DNA from: Catajapyx aquilonaris
Taxonomy: Eukaryota
Length of the DNA: 40,361 bases
Reading direction: 5' to 3'
Assembly: GCA_000934665.2 (NCBI GenBank)
Contig: KZ538917.1
Span: 1-40,361 of the forward strand
This document shows positions 9,023-22,047 of this stretch, piece by piece; position 1 is the first letter of the stretch, and each line of letters begins with the position of its first letter. The notes under the pieces are model-generated. The model did not search any database. It saw nothing but the letters and a program-made list of their open reading frames with translations, and had not been told where the DNA came from. Both the position numbers and the translations under genes were made by a program.

Positions 9023-12000
9023 TCACTCGTTATTCTCCTTCTTTCTGGTTTGACCACTTTCTGAGACAGAGATGCTGCGTAGGCTACGCGACCTCTCGAA
9101 AAGGGAAGGGTCAGTGTAGATGGGTTCACTTGGGTCCTCGAACCGTCTCCTTCCTTGGGTCACTAGGGGTGACTCAGGTGCGACCATGGCCACCGACTGA
9201 CCTTCGCTCGCACGAGGCTCGCCCACATAGCTGGAAGAACTGGTATCATTTACTTCTTTTTGACCTAATCCCTGATGTTAACAATATAAACATCTGGAAA
9301 GTTAATTACCGAGGGTCTAATGACTTCTGAAGTTCAGGACCCAGAAAGAAGTTTGGTTGTCGAGCAGGAGGAGTTGATGTGCTCGCAATGGTTCCAAAGT
9401 ATCGCTGCTGAGGTCCAGACGAATCCGCTACGTAGTTCTTGAACTGAATCAATCGGTAACGTCTGAAATTGACAAATTTTCGTCACATCTGCAATAATTA
9501 TCTTGATATCTACACACCTGTAGCAGTATCCGGCCAAAAGCGTGAAGAGAATCATTAGAAGAAGGACGCAAATGAGAGCTGCAACTAGGCCATAATATTC
9601 AGTTGGTGATAAGCACACTTCCTGTGGTGTGATCCTGATTACTTCTTCTGGCATATCAAGTCGTGATCCGTAAACCTGTGTGATTGTTCACATTGCGTTA
9701 TGTGTAAGTATTCACAATGCATCGTCAGAAATTATTGTGTTCTTAGCGGGTCTAGGACTTTTCGCCCCCGCCGTTTCGCTCCTTGAGCATTACCTGTATC
9801 ATTTCTCGCACATGTTCTTCATCTGCATCTTCAGTGACTGTGGCAGGAACTTCTTCTCCGACTGTTCCGTTGGTGCCTTCCTCACTATCAGAGTCATCAG
9901 CTGCCCTCTTCTTACGACCAAATGAAGCCTCCTCACGTCCTGCTGGTCCAGGGCAATATGCCTAAAACAGACAATGTATTGCCAGTGACATGCACAAAAT
10001 TTTTGCTAATGTTAACACTCACAGGTTGACAACCTCCACGACAGCTCCTGACTGTCGCTTCAAACACGAGGAAGTTGGACTCCGGTATCTTAAAGGCATA
10101 GAAACGGGCTTCCAAACCTTCTCCTTCTCGAGCTCGATCCAATGCCGGAAATACGTAATAATCAACAGGACACCTACATAAGGATTTATTAGCAAAAATG
10201 TTTTAAATAACCAAATGGGTCAAAGGTCATACCCATATCTATCAATGAGCTGCACTGCTCTTCCACTGTATGGATCCTTCGCAATGACGTTGGTGGCAAA
10301 TAGGTCTGAGATGTAGTTACCGCCTTCTTGAGACTCCAGTTTGAAAACTAGAGGATCTCCAACTGCTATGGTTGTGGTTGGACGTCCCTGGTACAAGATC
10401 ATTAATCTGACCCTAGAGCTGAGGGTATTCTCGGCCGGAAGATATTCAATGGGTGTGGGACTTCCGGATCTATGAATAAATTGTCAAAATTAGGTAACGC
10501 CACTATTTTTAATATCTGACTCACTTACCCAGAACCGATGTATCCGGAGGTCACTACGGCTTCTCCGGGTCCTCGTGTCAGGCAGGTCAAATTATAGCGC
10601 TTATCCTTTCCAGTTTGGACAAGGTCGCTGAACTGTACTACGACCACGTTGGTCAGGGTGTCTCCATACTGAAATTGTCCAATTAGCAGCGCATTCAGGT
10701 AACAATATTAATGTGTCAGACTTACTCTAGCAGTGCCACAGTCCGGATATCCGGTAGGTCCAGGTAGCCGTAAGATGACGTTAGGGTCACCACTCCCACG
10801 CACAAAGCAACGATCGAAAAAACCATTTGCATATATGCGACCTCTGAACCCTTCAGGCATTCGTACTCGGAACTCCATTCCTTCATCAGAGCATGTTTGT
10901 GCCACTGAAAAATTGTTAATTTCACAATATATTTTGCATCTTCATTAAAATATAATTAGCATACCATCTAAACACTCGTCCGCCGCCGCCTGTCTCTCAT
11001 AGAAATCAAAATCTCCGTTGGTTTCGAAATATGTCGGGTTTCTAAGATCGAGCTCTCTGGTGTCACGATCACTCAGCTCGCAGTTGTCTCGATCATTGTA
11101 GCCACCGGGAGTCTGGAGCCTGCATCAACCAAAGTTACATATGTACATACTGATTTTTTAAAAATGGTGTGTACTTACCGGAAATTAAACGATCTGCATG
11201 AAAAATCTCTGGCTTCTGAACACTCCCGTTCACACTGGAACACATTCTCAACCGTCAAATACCGTCGGATGTACGGCCGTCGCATTCTCTGACGTGCGCC
11301 AGTCTGTTTTGTTGAAATAGTCATAAGTATTACGCAGGTAACTAAAACAATTGCAACTGACCTGTCTGTACTTGGAAGCATCGTTGCAGCCAGTAAAGGC
11401 AGTTCCTGGTCTCAAGGCGTTACCTCCGTACCCAGCAGTTCCTCCTCCATATCCGTTACTGGCTGGGTATCCCGGTCGAAATCGGTCGTTATACCCGCTG
11501 CCTACCTGATTCCCATCGTAGAACCCGTGACTACCACTACCTCCGTGGCTACCAAAATGGCTGCTTCCGCCCCCATACTGCCCACCACCATGGTGCCCCA
11601 CACTGCTTGGTCCTCCATAACTGCTGCCACCGTAGTGACCACCGCCGACCTGTCCTCCACCGCCGTACTGGTTGGAGCCTCCGAATTGGTTGGATCCACC
11701 GTAGTGACCACCGTAGCTACCATGGCTGCTGCTGCTGCCTCCGTAACTGCTTCCTTGGTATCTGTCTGCGATTGTAAGAAAAGTGAGTCGGAGGTCGACG
11801 TAATGTAAGCTGCGTTACAAGCGTGGGAAAGGTTGCCCACAAAAGCTGTAAATGAGCAGTTACATGGAGTAATGAACCCGTTGGTAGGCTAGAAAGAGAG
11901 TCCATAAGAACGACTGGAAGGTTTGGCAACATGTTAGTGGTCATGCAGTAAGAGTACACTACGACTACTACAAACAGTACAACAACGATCACTCATGAGA

Positions 12001-15000
12001 AGAGTGTACTGATACCTGTCCATTGTACAGTACACGATTGTTTCATGGGACAGTTAGCATGCGAAGAAAAATTTGCAGATATCCACTCCATTGTCATTCA
12101 GGATGGATTCCTGTCATTTTGCCTACTTTGTAACTACGCACTTGATTAACTTTAAGAGAGCAATCTTTAGGTAATCTAAGGGGAAAAAAGCTGTTCTAGC
12201 AAGCCTTTAGATACTATTTTTCTCGGCTACAATTTTGCACTGTACCGTCATCGTGTGGACGGTTATCATGTGGACGGTTATCATGTGGACGGTTATCATG
12301 TGGTCGGATATCATGTGGACGGTTGGGTCCTTGCGGGCCAAATTTATCGCCTGGCCTATCAAGTCCCGGGGGCCTTTTGTCTCCTGATGGAGGGTACCCA
12401 GCATTCAAAGGATTAGCTAGAAGTAGAGCAGTTGCTGATTTCGTGTGACACAAATCCCTATTTCGTTCGCGACGTTCTTGCCATCTGCGAGAGAACATCT
12501 GTGGATAGAAAATGTCACACTAACCGATGAGATTCTCGTAGTAGTCGTGATCCAGGTCGTACTGAAGACGGTACCCTGCACGCTGATCATACTGGCACAG
12601 GACACAACGTCCTCCTCTCTCCCTGAACATTACTGACAAACACTGATAACTGGTTTGCTTCAAACATTCGTCAAGACACTCAGCCAGAGACAGGTACTGT
12701 ATCTCTGATTGACAGTCTGCACGAAGACGACTGTTTCGGTATCGTTTGAATGCGGTCAAGATGTCACGCCGATGTCCATCAGAAAACAGATGAGATGTGC
12801 CGGAAGTCTTGTCCAGAGTGTTGTCAGCTATGGTTGTCGATCGAGCTGAAATGACCGTATGTGATGTCTCCTACCAATATGAAAGACAATGTAAAATTAC
12901 CTCCGTCTAAACACATCAGTTCGTAATAAGCATTTCCTCGAGAGCTCTGTCTCATTTCCTTCTGTTGTGACTGGGAATCTTCATCACTCAAGACACAGCT
13001 TCTAGTCTCGTTGTTGTACTCAACAGAGCGACAGTAAATCCTAAAGAGATCATGATGTCAAGTTGTGTAACCCCACATATCAAATGAATACTTACTCTTC
13101 GTGCAAAAGACACTTTGCTAAGCAGTCATCTCTGTCTATGTTTGTGTGCACTTCCAGATCAAATGGACCTCCCAGCTCCCATCCATCTTCCATTATGAAT
13201 ACCAATTGTCCTTCGCAACGTTTGTCAGCTTGAATTATAGAGTTAGAGTTAGTACACCGTACATGTAAAACTGAACATTGGACTTACATGTGAGACATGT
13301 GTTCTCCATGTAGACTGAATCGGCATTATCACTCATGAATTCCGGATGAGTACGAAATGTGAAGCGGTTCAAAATGCAAGTGCGTGTGGTGTACATGTAT
13401 GTCGCAGAACGACATGTTGGATTGAATTCATTCAAACACCTGCATATAAATTATGTCATGAATACAATTAGTTTTAAATTTGTCATTGTCTTACCTGTCT
13501 TGACACTGTGTTTTATTCAGATTCGGAATTTCAATGACTCCTGTGTTGAGTTTAAAGTGCTTCCGAGGCATGAGATCGAAGACATACAGTCTATTCGGAC
13601 ATCCCTTCTCAACTCTACTTGCTGTTACAAGAAGAATCAATCATATTAATTTACATATCAGGATTACTGTAATATGATAACTTACAAGAAAGACAAATCT
13701 CGACGAAAAGATTAGCCTGCGGATCAGCAGCCAAAACCCCTATTCCTTCAGGCTGGGGCAGATCACGTGACAAGAAACATTTCGAGTCATCAAATCTCTT
13801 GCTATCTGATGGTAACGGATTGGCTCGACCAGGCAGAAAGTCAAATGATTTACACGCTCTAACCAACTGATTTGACGAAGTTCTGTCGCTCGTACACAGT
13901 TTCACACAAGAACTCAACACTTCTTTCGGATCTTCACTCCCTCGAAACTATAAGTGAAAGTTAAGTATAAATGGATTAATATACATATCCAGGAAGTCAT
14001 CATCAACTCACCGAGTCATCATCGAATCCCTGCATCTGATGACCTCGTATGCACTCATACGTCAACCGACCGACGCCGCCATTACATGTGGTTTGGGCTG
14101 AAAATCACATTGTAATAACACACTCCAAATATGAAAACAAAATGGACACTTCAGCTTACTAAGGTTCATGAAAGCGCCAACTAACGTCAAAGCAGGGGAC
14201 CAAAAGATCATCTTGGAAAATGTCACATACACATCACAACACTGATCACAAATTGGTTTCAAGAGCACCAAAAATGTAGTGCTCCGATAAACTCTGCATG
14301 GTCAGATCTGAGGGCCGTTGACACACACAAAAGAAGCGAAAGAGCAACGCATGCGTGTATGGATCAAATTCCAACACTTTACTTCCATGAGAGAGATCCA
14401 AAGTAGGTTACTCTATACACTAGGCTGGAAACATCAATCGAGGTTGCTCATACAAAAATGGAGAAAGGGAAGCCGAAAAAATCGGAGAGGAAATGAGTGC
14501 CACTACAATATGCATCCTCTATAATGTGGATGTTACTATGTGACTAAAGATACATTTTATAACACCAAATTACAGTATGTGTAGCCTACCTAATATTGTG
14601 TCAATGTGTAGAATTATTTTTTTATCTTTGTACAATATTTGTCACTAAAAATATACCACCAATTCTAATAAGTCATCACTGGACCTTCCGGTTATGAGCT
14701 CAACAGGTAGGCGAAATGTCAGGTCAATGACCACTTGGTAATTGCGCATTTGCGCTCCTAACTTGCCCAAGAGATTAGGATCAGTCCAAATTAAATGACC
14801 TTCCGTTACAAGAAAAGCAGAATAATATTTATCGCATCGTTGAATTCATATTGTTACAAGTGTGCTATGAGTTTCCGGAATACAATTGAGTGAAAGTGGT
14901 GTATGATGTAGCTGGAGATGATTTTTAATGCATTCGGAACAAAGCTGAATTAACTTATTGTAGAATTCAGGGCGTGTTCCAGAAGGGTCACTATTATAGT

Positions 15001-17963
15001 TTTTTTTTGTGACTCAAAATTCTTTTGGTATTATATAATATGGTGGACGTCTACTGTACCTATTTAGACTTAGGGATAAATGATATTTTGAAATTAGTAC
15101 TGCAGAAAAAAATGTTACTCAATATCCATCAGTAGGTTTCTCACAAAGATGTGCTAGGTATTGTACTGAAAATTGCTGAGTGGTGGAGGATATACGGTGG
15201 AAGATTCCAAATGCATTGCATTCTATTTCTGTAGAGGTGCTTTTGCAATTGGCATATAGTGATAAAAAATTAGGTTTGTTCCACATTGAATATTTTTTGT
15301 GCCTCCAGCCACACGCAAACTCTAAAAGCAACCGCAGTAAAGTTAGCATATGTTCTACGTTACATCGATTCCATTGAGTTCAGAGTGAACGTTATTCCTT
15401 TCATATCTACGAAAAATGTCATTGCAAGCAATTTCATCAAAGAATTATAAGGGAAGAAATTTTTTGAAGCATTTGGTTATTTACAGGTGTACACGTACTG
15501 TACAAGAATTATTTATTGCCTCTTTGCATCACACGATATCACCACCATATTCAACCTAATTAGAAGTCACAGCAATGCAAACAAGCCGTCCTTCCAATGT
15601 CCAACGATGCGGCCCAGCTACACCCCACCTTACCCGGAATTTCATCTCATGGACATCCGTTTTTAAATCCAAGCTAACCCGCCGCAGTCATCCACCCCCA
15701 ATTGATGTTCCCTCTGGGGCCGTTGACACGAGGGGGGGGGACCTTTGCTGATCCTACAACCCCCCCCCCCCCCCNNNNNNNNNNNNNNNNNNNNNNNNNN
15801 NNNNNNNNNNNNNNNNNNNNNNNNNNNNNNNNNNNNNNNNNNNNNNNNNNNNNNNNNNNNNNNNNNNNNNNNNNNNNNNNNNNNNNNNNNNNNNNNNNNN
15901 NNNNNNNNNNNNNNNNNNNNNNNNNNNNNNNNNNNNNNNNNNNNNNNNNNNNNNNNNNNNNNNNNNNNNNNNNNNNNNNNNNNNNNNNNNNNNNNNNNNN
16001 NNNNNNNNNNNNNNNNNNNNNNNNNNNNNNNNNTTTTTTTTTTTTTTGCGGAGGTTGCGTTTTGCAGGGGTTTAGACCTTTCTGGTTCTTTCACCTCTCT
16101 GTGGGCAACAACCCTCAGAGGGAACAACGCGCGTCTTTGATTTGTTTCTGGATTGTTTCGCACCATTAGGTGTTGATGAATATGACTGAAAGGGCGTATT
16201 CGACCGATTATTTAGTTACACAAAAGGATATTACGTCACTACGATTACGTCAGTTGTAATTTACATTTTCTGTTATAGGAAGACGTTGCGTAATGCAACC
16301 TTGCATCAAGCTGTTTGTTTTTTGTAGCTTACAGTCTGCTGATTGCGTAGCATTCAGATTTAATAACTGCACTGTGCTCCAACAAGGGCCGAATTCAGAG
16401 AGGTTGCTTAACCTCCTGAGACCCCTACTACACCTTTCAATCACCTTTGTTTTTGTTTTTTTACGCGTTTGAGTTAGTCAGAAGGTGATGGAAAAAAACA
16501 AAGGTACAGTATACTGTACCAGGGGTCTCAGGAGGTTAAGGTAAACGCGCCCGATTAAATCCTTTAGTCAGCCTCGATTAGCAAATTTAATCAACCTGCT
16601 AATACAAAGACCGCGATTAGCGCTAAACGCCCCCTAATCGCACTTGCTAGCACTTTTAAACTTGCTAATCGAGGATGACTAAAGGATTTAATCGGGCGCG
16701 TTTACGTTAAGCAACCTCTCTGAATTCGGCCCATAGGAACTAATTAGCTTTTGGGTTGTCCTTGTGACATTCACATTTGCTTCCTCTATGTTTTTCAAAA
16801 CATGCAAAAAAAGGTGAGCTATTCAAAAGACGTCAACACTGTGGACAATATTTTACAAAATAATAACCTGATTGCGTAGTGTTGACATGCCCAATGATTG
16901 ATTCTCCGAGTGTTTCTGTTACATTCATGATGGCAACGCATTTGTGTTGCTTTGGTGGGAGAAATATTTAATAGAACACCTCTATGAATCAATATTGTCC
17001 TTGGACAATATCAAATGCCACTTCGCACTTAACTAGACACGCATACAATGTAAAGACTGTCCACGCATGGGACAGTTTTGTTGATACATGTATCCAAGGA
17101 ATCCTGAAAACATGCCAATTTTTTTCCCACTAGCCCTGTCGATGTTGAGTGGTCATGTGGGTCAGTGGCCGACACGCACACTCCAATCATTTTTGCCAGT
17201 CCCTCAGATGCCTTGTCCACTCTTCCCGCCCAAAGCTATACAACCACACTCTGAGCATAATTAAGCGGAAGACACCCGATTGCACCACCATGCCCCGGTT
17301 GAATAATACAACTTCCAAAACATTCCGAGACACTTTTAATCGACAGGTCAAGGGCCTTTCGAATAAACCAAAACGTGTCATTAGCCTATCACTATGTCAA
17401 AAGATGAGATAAGAGAGCGGTGCTACCTTGGCAGTTTAGTAAAAGCATAATGTCCAAATGAGGCAATCAATTAGGGCATGACCAAGGCCAATTGGTTGTA
17501 GCCAATTAAAAAGAGGTGTTGGAGTCAAGTCGACGCCGCCAACAATGAGGCCTCTGAATTGGAACCGGAATATAGATGGTGTGTATTTCACACGACATAA
17601 TGGATGCCAATCTCTAGGGGTTTGCAATTTTCGGCCTTGCACCAAATGAGGATGGAGAATGTATGCAAATTAGCTATAGCAGGTGCAAAAAAGTGGGCAT
17701 TACCTATATGGTGCACTAAATGTGTCATATAGTTGGCACAATTCATATTGAATGATCAGTGGTGTTGTGACGTGTTTCACTGTTGACGTCAGCTGGCCAG
17801 TTTCATATTGCTTAATTAGCCACAAATTCATTTTTTTGAGCAAAATTTAAGTCATACCCCCAAAAAATTAAAATAAGCAAAACTCACCATCGGCCAACAT
17901 CCTGAGCACAGTAAGCACCGTAATTGCTTGCACCATGATTGGAAAATGATGTTTCCTTCTCAT
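9023..17963 (-). CDS. nompA: NompA-like type I membrane protein: signal peptide, five PAN/Apple modules, Gly/His-rich linker, ZP domain, furin site, TM helix and cytoplasmic tail; about 20 coding exons
   Basis: Exon 17888-17963 (MRRKHHFPIMVQAITVLTVLRMLAD, phase 1) splices to 14012-14097 (AQTTCNGGVGRLTYE..QMQGFDDD). Further exons: 13686-13947, 13495-13621, 13288-13439, 13096-13228, 12901-13040, 12525-12845, 12246-12416, 11362-11765, 11179-11303, 10965-11119; ZP exons from 10904 (VAQTCSDEGMEF) to about 9950; furin site FGRKKR at about 9905-9923; TM YYGLVAALICVLLLMILFTLLAGYCY; last exon 9023-9230 (FEDPSEPIYTDPSLFERSRSLRS). Motifs such as AQTTC, LVRxCxSFDFxPG, QPEGIG, CLNEF, RFTxRTHPE and LGGPF match my recollection of insect NompA; no search was run. 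Confidence 0.88.
12250..12324 (-). repeat. Coding 15-bp tandem repeat (about 5 units) encoding (N/I)RPHD
   Basis: The plus-strand unit gtggacggttatcat is repeated; translation PNRPHDIRPHDNRPHDNRPHDNRPHDD lies within nompA exon 12246-12416. Confidence 0.9.
15775..16033. other. Assembly gap (N run) in nompA intron 1
   Basis: Run of n flanked by poly-C and poly-T. Confidence 0.99.
16386..16732. mobile_element. Non-autonomous DNA transposon (MITE) with about 77-bp TIRs starting GGGCC (PIF/Harbinger-like), interrupted by a second MITE
   Basis: The left arm (16386-16411 plus 16540-16590) matches the reverse complement of 16656-16732 with about 3 mismatches. No intact TSD is visible. Confidence 0.85.
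16412..16535. mobile_element. 124-bp piggyBac-type MITE with a TTAA target-site duplication
   Basis: TTAA (16408-16411) | cctcctgagacccct ... aggggtctcaggagg | TTAA (16536-16539); perfect 15-bp TIRs. Confidence 0.9.
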
Positions 17964-20429
17964 CTTGAATCACCTGCAAAGGATGCACGATGCCAACATA
18001 TTATTATATATTGGCACCTAAATGTCCTCCAACAGCCCTCCAGGTCAGTTAGCAGAAGAGCCACATAATCACAACGGCACTGGACACTACGCAAATTCAA
18101 ACCATAATGTGGCTTGCAAGAGTGATTCAGGGGGGGCTATCCAAGGTCCACTTTAGAGTCTACAAAAAAATAGAGAGGGGGGGAAGGTTTGTGTCCCCCT
18201 CCCTAGAATCGTCCTTCCTGAGCACCACAATTGGTAGCCAATAGGGGACCCTCAGCATAAAAAGGGAGCCCTGGGTCCATTTGGTTGGGATTGGCTGACA
18301 GCAGGCCACATCACTACTCACTTCCTTCCTGTCGCCTCTTTTTTTTTACAAGTTTGTACCTGCCCATGGCTTGTCCCTTGCTCATAACAAGTAAACCAGG
18401 TCATTTTTCATATTTTGGTTGGGAGTTTCGGTGGAAAAAAATGGCGGTTATTTGGTGGCCTCAGACAGAAATAAATGGCCATGGTCACCTCGAGTTTTGT
18501 CTGTTGTTGACAATATGGGGGACAATATTGCTGTTGGGTATTTTTTGTGTTGTATTTTAATGAGGATGGGTATTTTCATTCAAATTTCATGCTTTAAGAA
18601 AATGTGTACATAAATTCATTCTAAGCTACCATTGCAGGAGTAGGTTTTATTTGACAATAATTAGCTACTTACAAAAAAGAACTGGTGGAACTCATTACTA
18701 TGTCTTACTGTAATAGATTTCAAATAGTCCTCGAAAATCTATTTGATTTTTGATTAGTAATAATAATATTAATTAATAGGATGCACTGCTGGTTGGAAAT
18801 TGAATCATGTGAATGACACATAGTGTCTTGTTTGCGAGGTTGTTATGAGCAATGACAGCACGTCCTTTGTGCAGTAATCGGACGATGGGCAAAACCCAAC
18901 GACATCCTCGTGTACCGTTGGATCATTGTTCAGCCATCACACCTGAATAGTTCCATAGCGGAATTGCAATGCTAGCCAACCTTGAATGAAACAGCTGTAA
19001 TCCGATTTCCAAAAGTGCACTCATTTCCATATGTCACCAGACATTGAGAAATACATAGTGCAATATGCAGCTATTCACACGTAATATATCAACGACCTAT
19101 ACGTTATAAAAGTTGCATGATGTCACTATCCTTGCAATAAAGGACAGTAATAAATCGTCAGAAATAAATACCAGGAGAATTCGTTTCACATACGTCTGGT
19201 TATAAATAAAATTGTCAAGATAACCATCACCGCAATTGTCCCACCAGACATAGACCTGAAAAATGTAAAGCAGAATATTGTATGACCGAAGGTCGAAACC
19301 TGCCATCCCCATTCTGAAAAAGGATGTGTTTCCCGCCATATCCTGATAGGTTCCACGGTTTTCACACAGAGACCAGCACCATCCAAAACTGGAATGTGTC
19401 AGAAACCACCCATGCATTACATTTCTGATAACTTGTACACACTGTACTTTTTTTCTTCCGAATCAAAGAGGGCCTCTAAGACAATGTCTTGGGCTAAGAA
19501 ATCTTAAGAAAGTTATCCTGAAAGAGCTACAACCATTCAGGTTATTCTGTACAACGGGTCGTGCACAATACAGGGGCAAATCTTCTGACTATTCACGATA
19601 CTATCTTTCCAAACGGCGCGCCGTTCGGCGGGGGCGAAAAGTCCGGGAGGCGCTTATTACCCACATTAATTATCGCAATATCCTCCATACATTATAGATA
19701 ATATGTGATAAGTACAGAGGTATACCCCCGCGTGTGATGGAGACAATTTCGGAGGTCTCCGCCCAGGAAACGCACGTAGCCCCCCCTTTTGTTTAAGGCT
19801 GCCCAGTGTACGGCTGAGGGAGCCTGAATTCGTATCCGTTGATGATAGGCATAGTTCACTGATGCAGCAAGGACATACCCTACCTCTGATGTCACACGGC
19901 ATTTATAAAGTGGGGCTGCCCCAGTGAAAGTATATCTCCCGCATGATATGTGCTAGTTCGTTAAAAGTGTGTTAAATTCATAGTGTTTACATAACACTAA
20001 ATATGTTAAGAATTGTGCTATTAAAAGTTCAATTTAAATGAACCTTTTTGTTGTAACTGACCCCACCTTGAATTTTTATTGCCGTCAGTTGGCCCGGATG
20101 TACGCTGTTTTGGGTCACCGGTTTTTGGGTATGGGCGGCAACACAGACCCACATTTTTACATAGTGTTACCCCCCCCCCCCCCCAGACATCACGCCCTCT
20201 ATGGTGTTACTTTGCACCAAGGTTAGTGGAAACATCCTGGCAGGTTATGGAGAAAGTTGTCGGAAAAAATATGGTGCACTTGTTTCTCATCTTAGAAGCG
20301 GTACCTTTTGTACGGCGATAGTTCCGTTCTTGAGAGACCTTGATGTCTGCACACCACACGGATTTCCTTGTTCCGCAGGTTGGCCACGGAAGAAGGGGGA
20401 ATAGGATTCACACGTAGCGCACCGAGGGC

Positions 20430-20438
20430 ACAACTGAC
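20430..20438 (-). promoter_or_regulatory. Candidate arthropod initiator (TCAGTT) for an upstream non-coding nompA exon
   Basis: The minus strand reads gtcagttg. The nompA start exon is preceded by an acceptor (tttgcag, about 17974-17980), so a 5' UTR exon probably lies upstream; its location is inferred only. Confidence 0.25.
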
Positions 20439-22047
20439 CTTCAGGCAGGTCCAGTCACCCACCGATTACTGACATTTGGAATCATATATCGAATTTAACA
20501 CTCTTTTTCCTGCGTATTCACAATGAGGGAAAGGGTGTGCAGAAATGTGCACGCGAACTACGGTTTAATAGCCTAAGCCAATAATAACTATGCCGCCCAC
20601 CTATTCATTTTTTGATGGCCTAGCACAACGAACTGATAATTACACCCATTCCTAGAAGTATTCAAGGTCATTGTCAATAGCCCAATCACGTGAGGAGTTC
20701 AAATGATATGTTGGATGAGCAGTGGACCTTAGACACAATGGACTATCAAGATGGATGATGCAACAACTTAAATTGGTACCTAGGTCCAATCACAATTATG
20801 ATTTAAAGTGGAGGAAATAGGATGAATTAAGCGAACTGAGTGCTGAACTCACCTGTAGTTGTCTAATCAGTGATGAAAGTTACCATCCGGCGTGTTTGCG
20901 CGTTCACGGTTAGCTGACTGTCGCTTTAAATAATCTTTACTGCACATGTACACTTTGCAAGGTTGGATGTTTTGTTCGTCCTTATTGGAAATGGCAATAA
21001 ACTATTTTAAATGCAATTTATCTTATATTTCACAGCGTATGTCCCCTTGTTCCCCATGCAATTCAATACGGAGGCCTCGACGTATGCCCCAGGGGGATCA
21101 TTAGGGGTAGTTTTTAACGGGGAAGGTTTTTAGCACATTTGGACTTGACCTCCGAGGTCATATTTGGTCGAAGGAGGCCCGAAAGGGAAGATAACCAGGA
21201 ACCCCGGATGTAGCATCGATACATTCGATTCATTCAAAGTATTTCATAACTGCTACTGCTACGTATTCAATATGACCAAACCGCGGATAACGAGGACTCA
21301 CTGTGCGTCAAAAAGGTTAAAACCCATAATGTGATGCGCACACGAACATAATAACGTGACAATAAAAATTGATGCATTTGGAAGAGACACAGTCGGTACC
21401 TTTGTTGCTCGTCATGTACATACACCTAACAAAGGTCAATGAAATTACGAGTATCTTCCGGAATACGCCTGTTAGTATAACATTCATATGCATATGGTTG
21501 GGATAGGTGGTCTTCACCCCTTTTGAGGCCCCACATTTTGGGATTTGGGAGGGCTGACCCTAAAATATCAGTTACATCTCTTTAGATCCAGTCATATTCT
21601 TTCAGAGTGTTGACCCCGAAGCATTAATTTCGGACGGAAAAAAGTCGCGTGCGAAATGAGATGACACTGGGATGTATAGTAGGCGGATGGGGATAGTTGT
21701 GCAATAATTTGGGGGGACTTGCTTCTCTGAGAGTAAAAGTGTGACGTAGGAAATGCCGGGTTTAAAATCCATTCTAATTCCGGTCAGGTCTGTGTGGTGC
21801 CCTTTCCGGTCAGGTCAGTAATAAAATTGAGATATCCTGCTCCATTTTTTAAATATGTAATACGCGTAGATTGTTTTGAAATGCTGATTAGTATTATCCA
21901 GCATTTCTTTTAGATTTTGTGTTATCATGCGTAGGACTAATAAGCACTTTACACCGAGTCATATCATTGACAAATTGACATGAACTGATAGACATGTATG
22001 ACCTGCAGGAAATGTTTGAATATTGACACGTCCCAACTGAAGGCAGG

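Noticed and set aside
8839..9330. 163-aa plus-strand ORF
   Set aside because: Antisense to the last nompA exons, non-ATG start, no domain.
11822..11829. CGTGGGAA Su(H)-type site in a nompA intron
   Set aside because: A single 8-mer is plausible by chance in 40 kb; no supporting evidence.
11502..11840. Ala/Val/Thr-rich ORFs on both strands
   Set aside because: Alternative frames of the Gly-rich nompA exon.
15663..16169. ORFs spanning N runs (also 23960-24333)
   Set aside because: Artefacts of assembly gaps; the flanks are homopolymer-rich and may be low quality.
21281..21303. ccgcggataacgaggactcactg, a pogo/Tigger-like right TIR
   Set aside because: No matching left TIR was found, so the element cannot be delimited.
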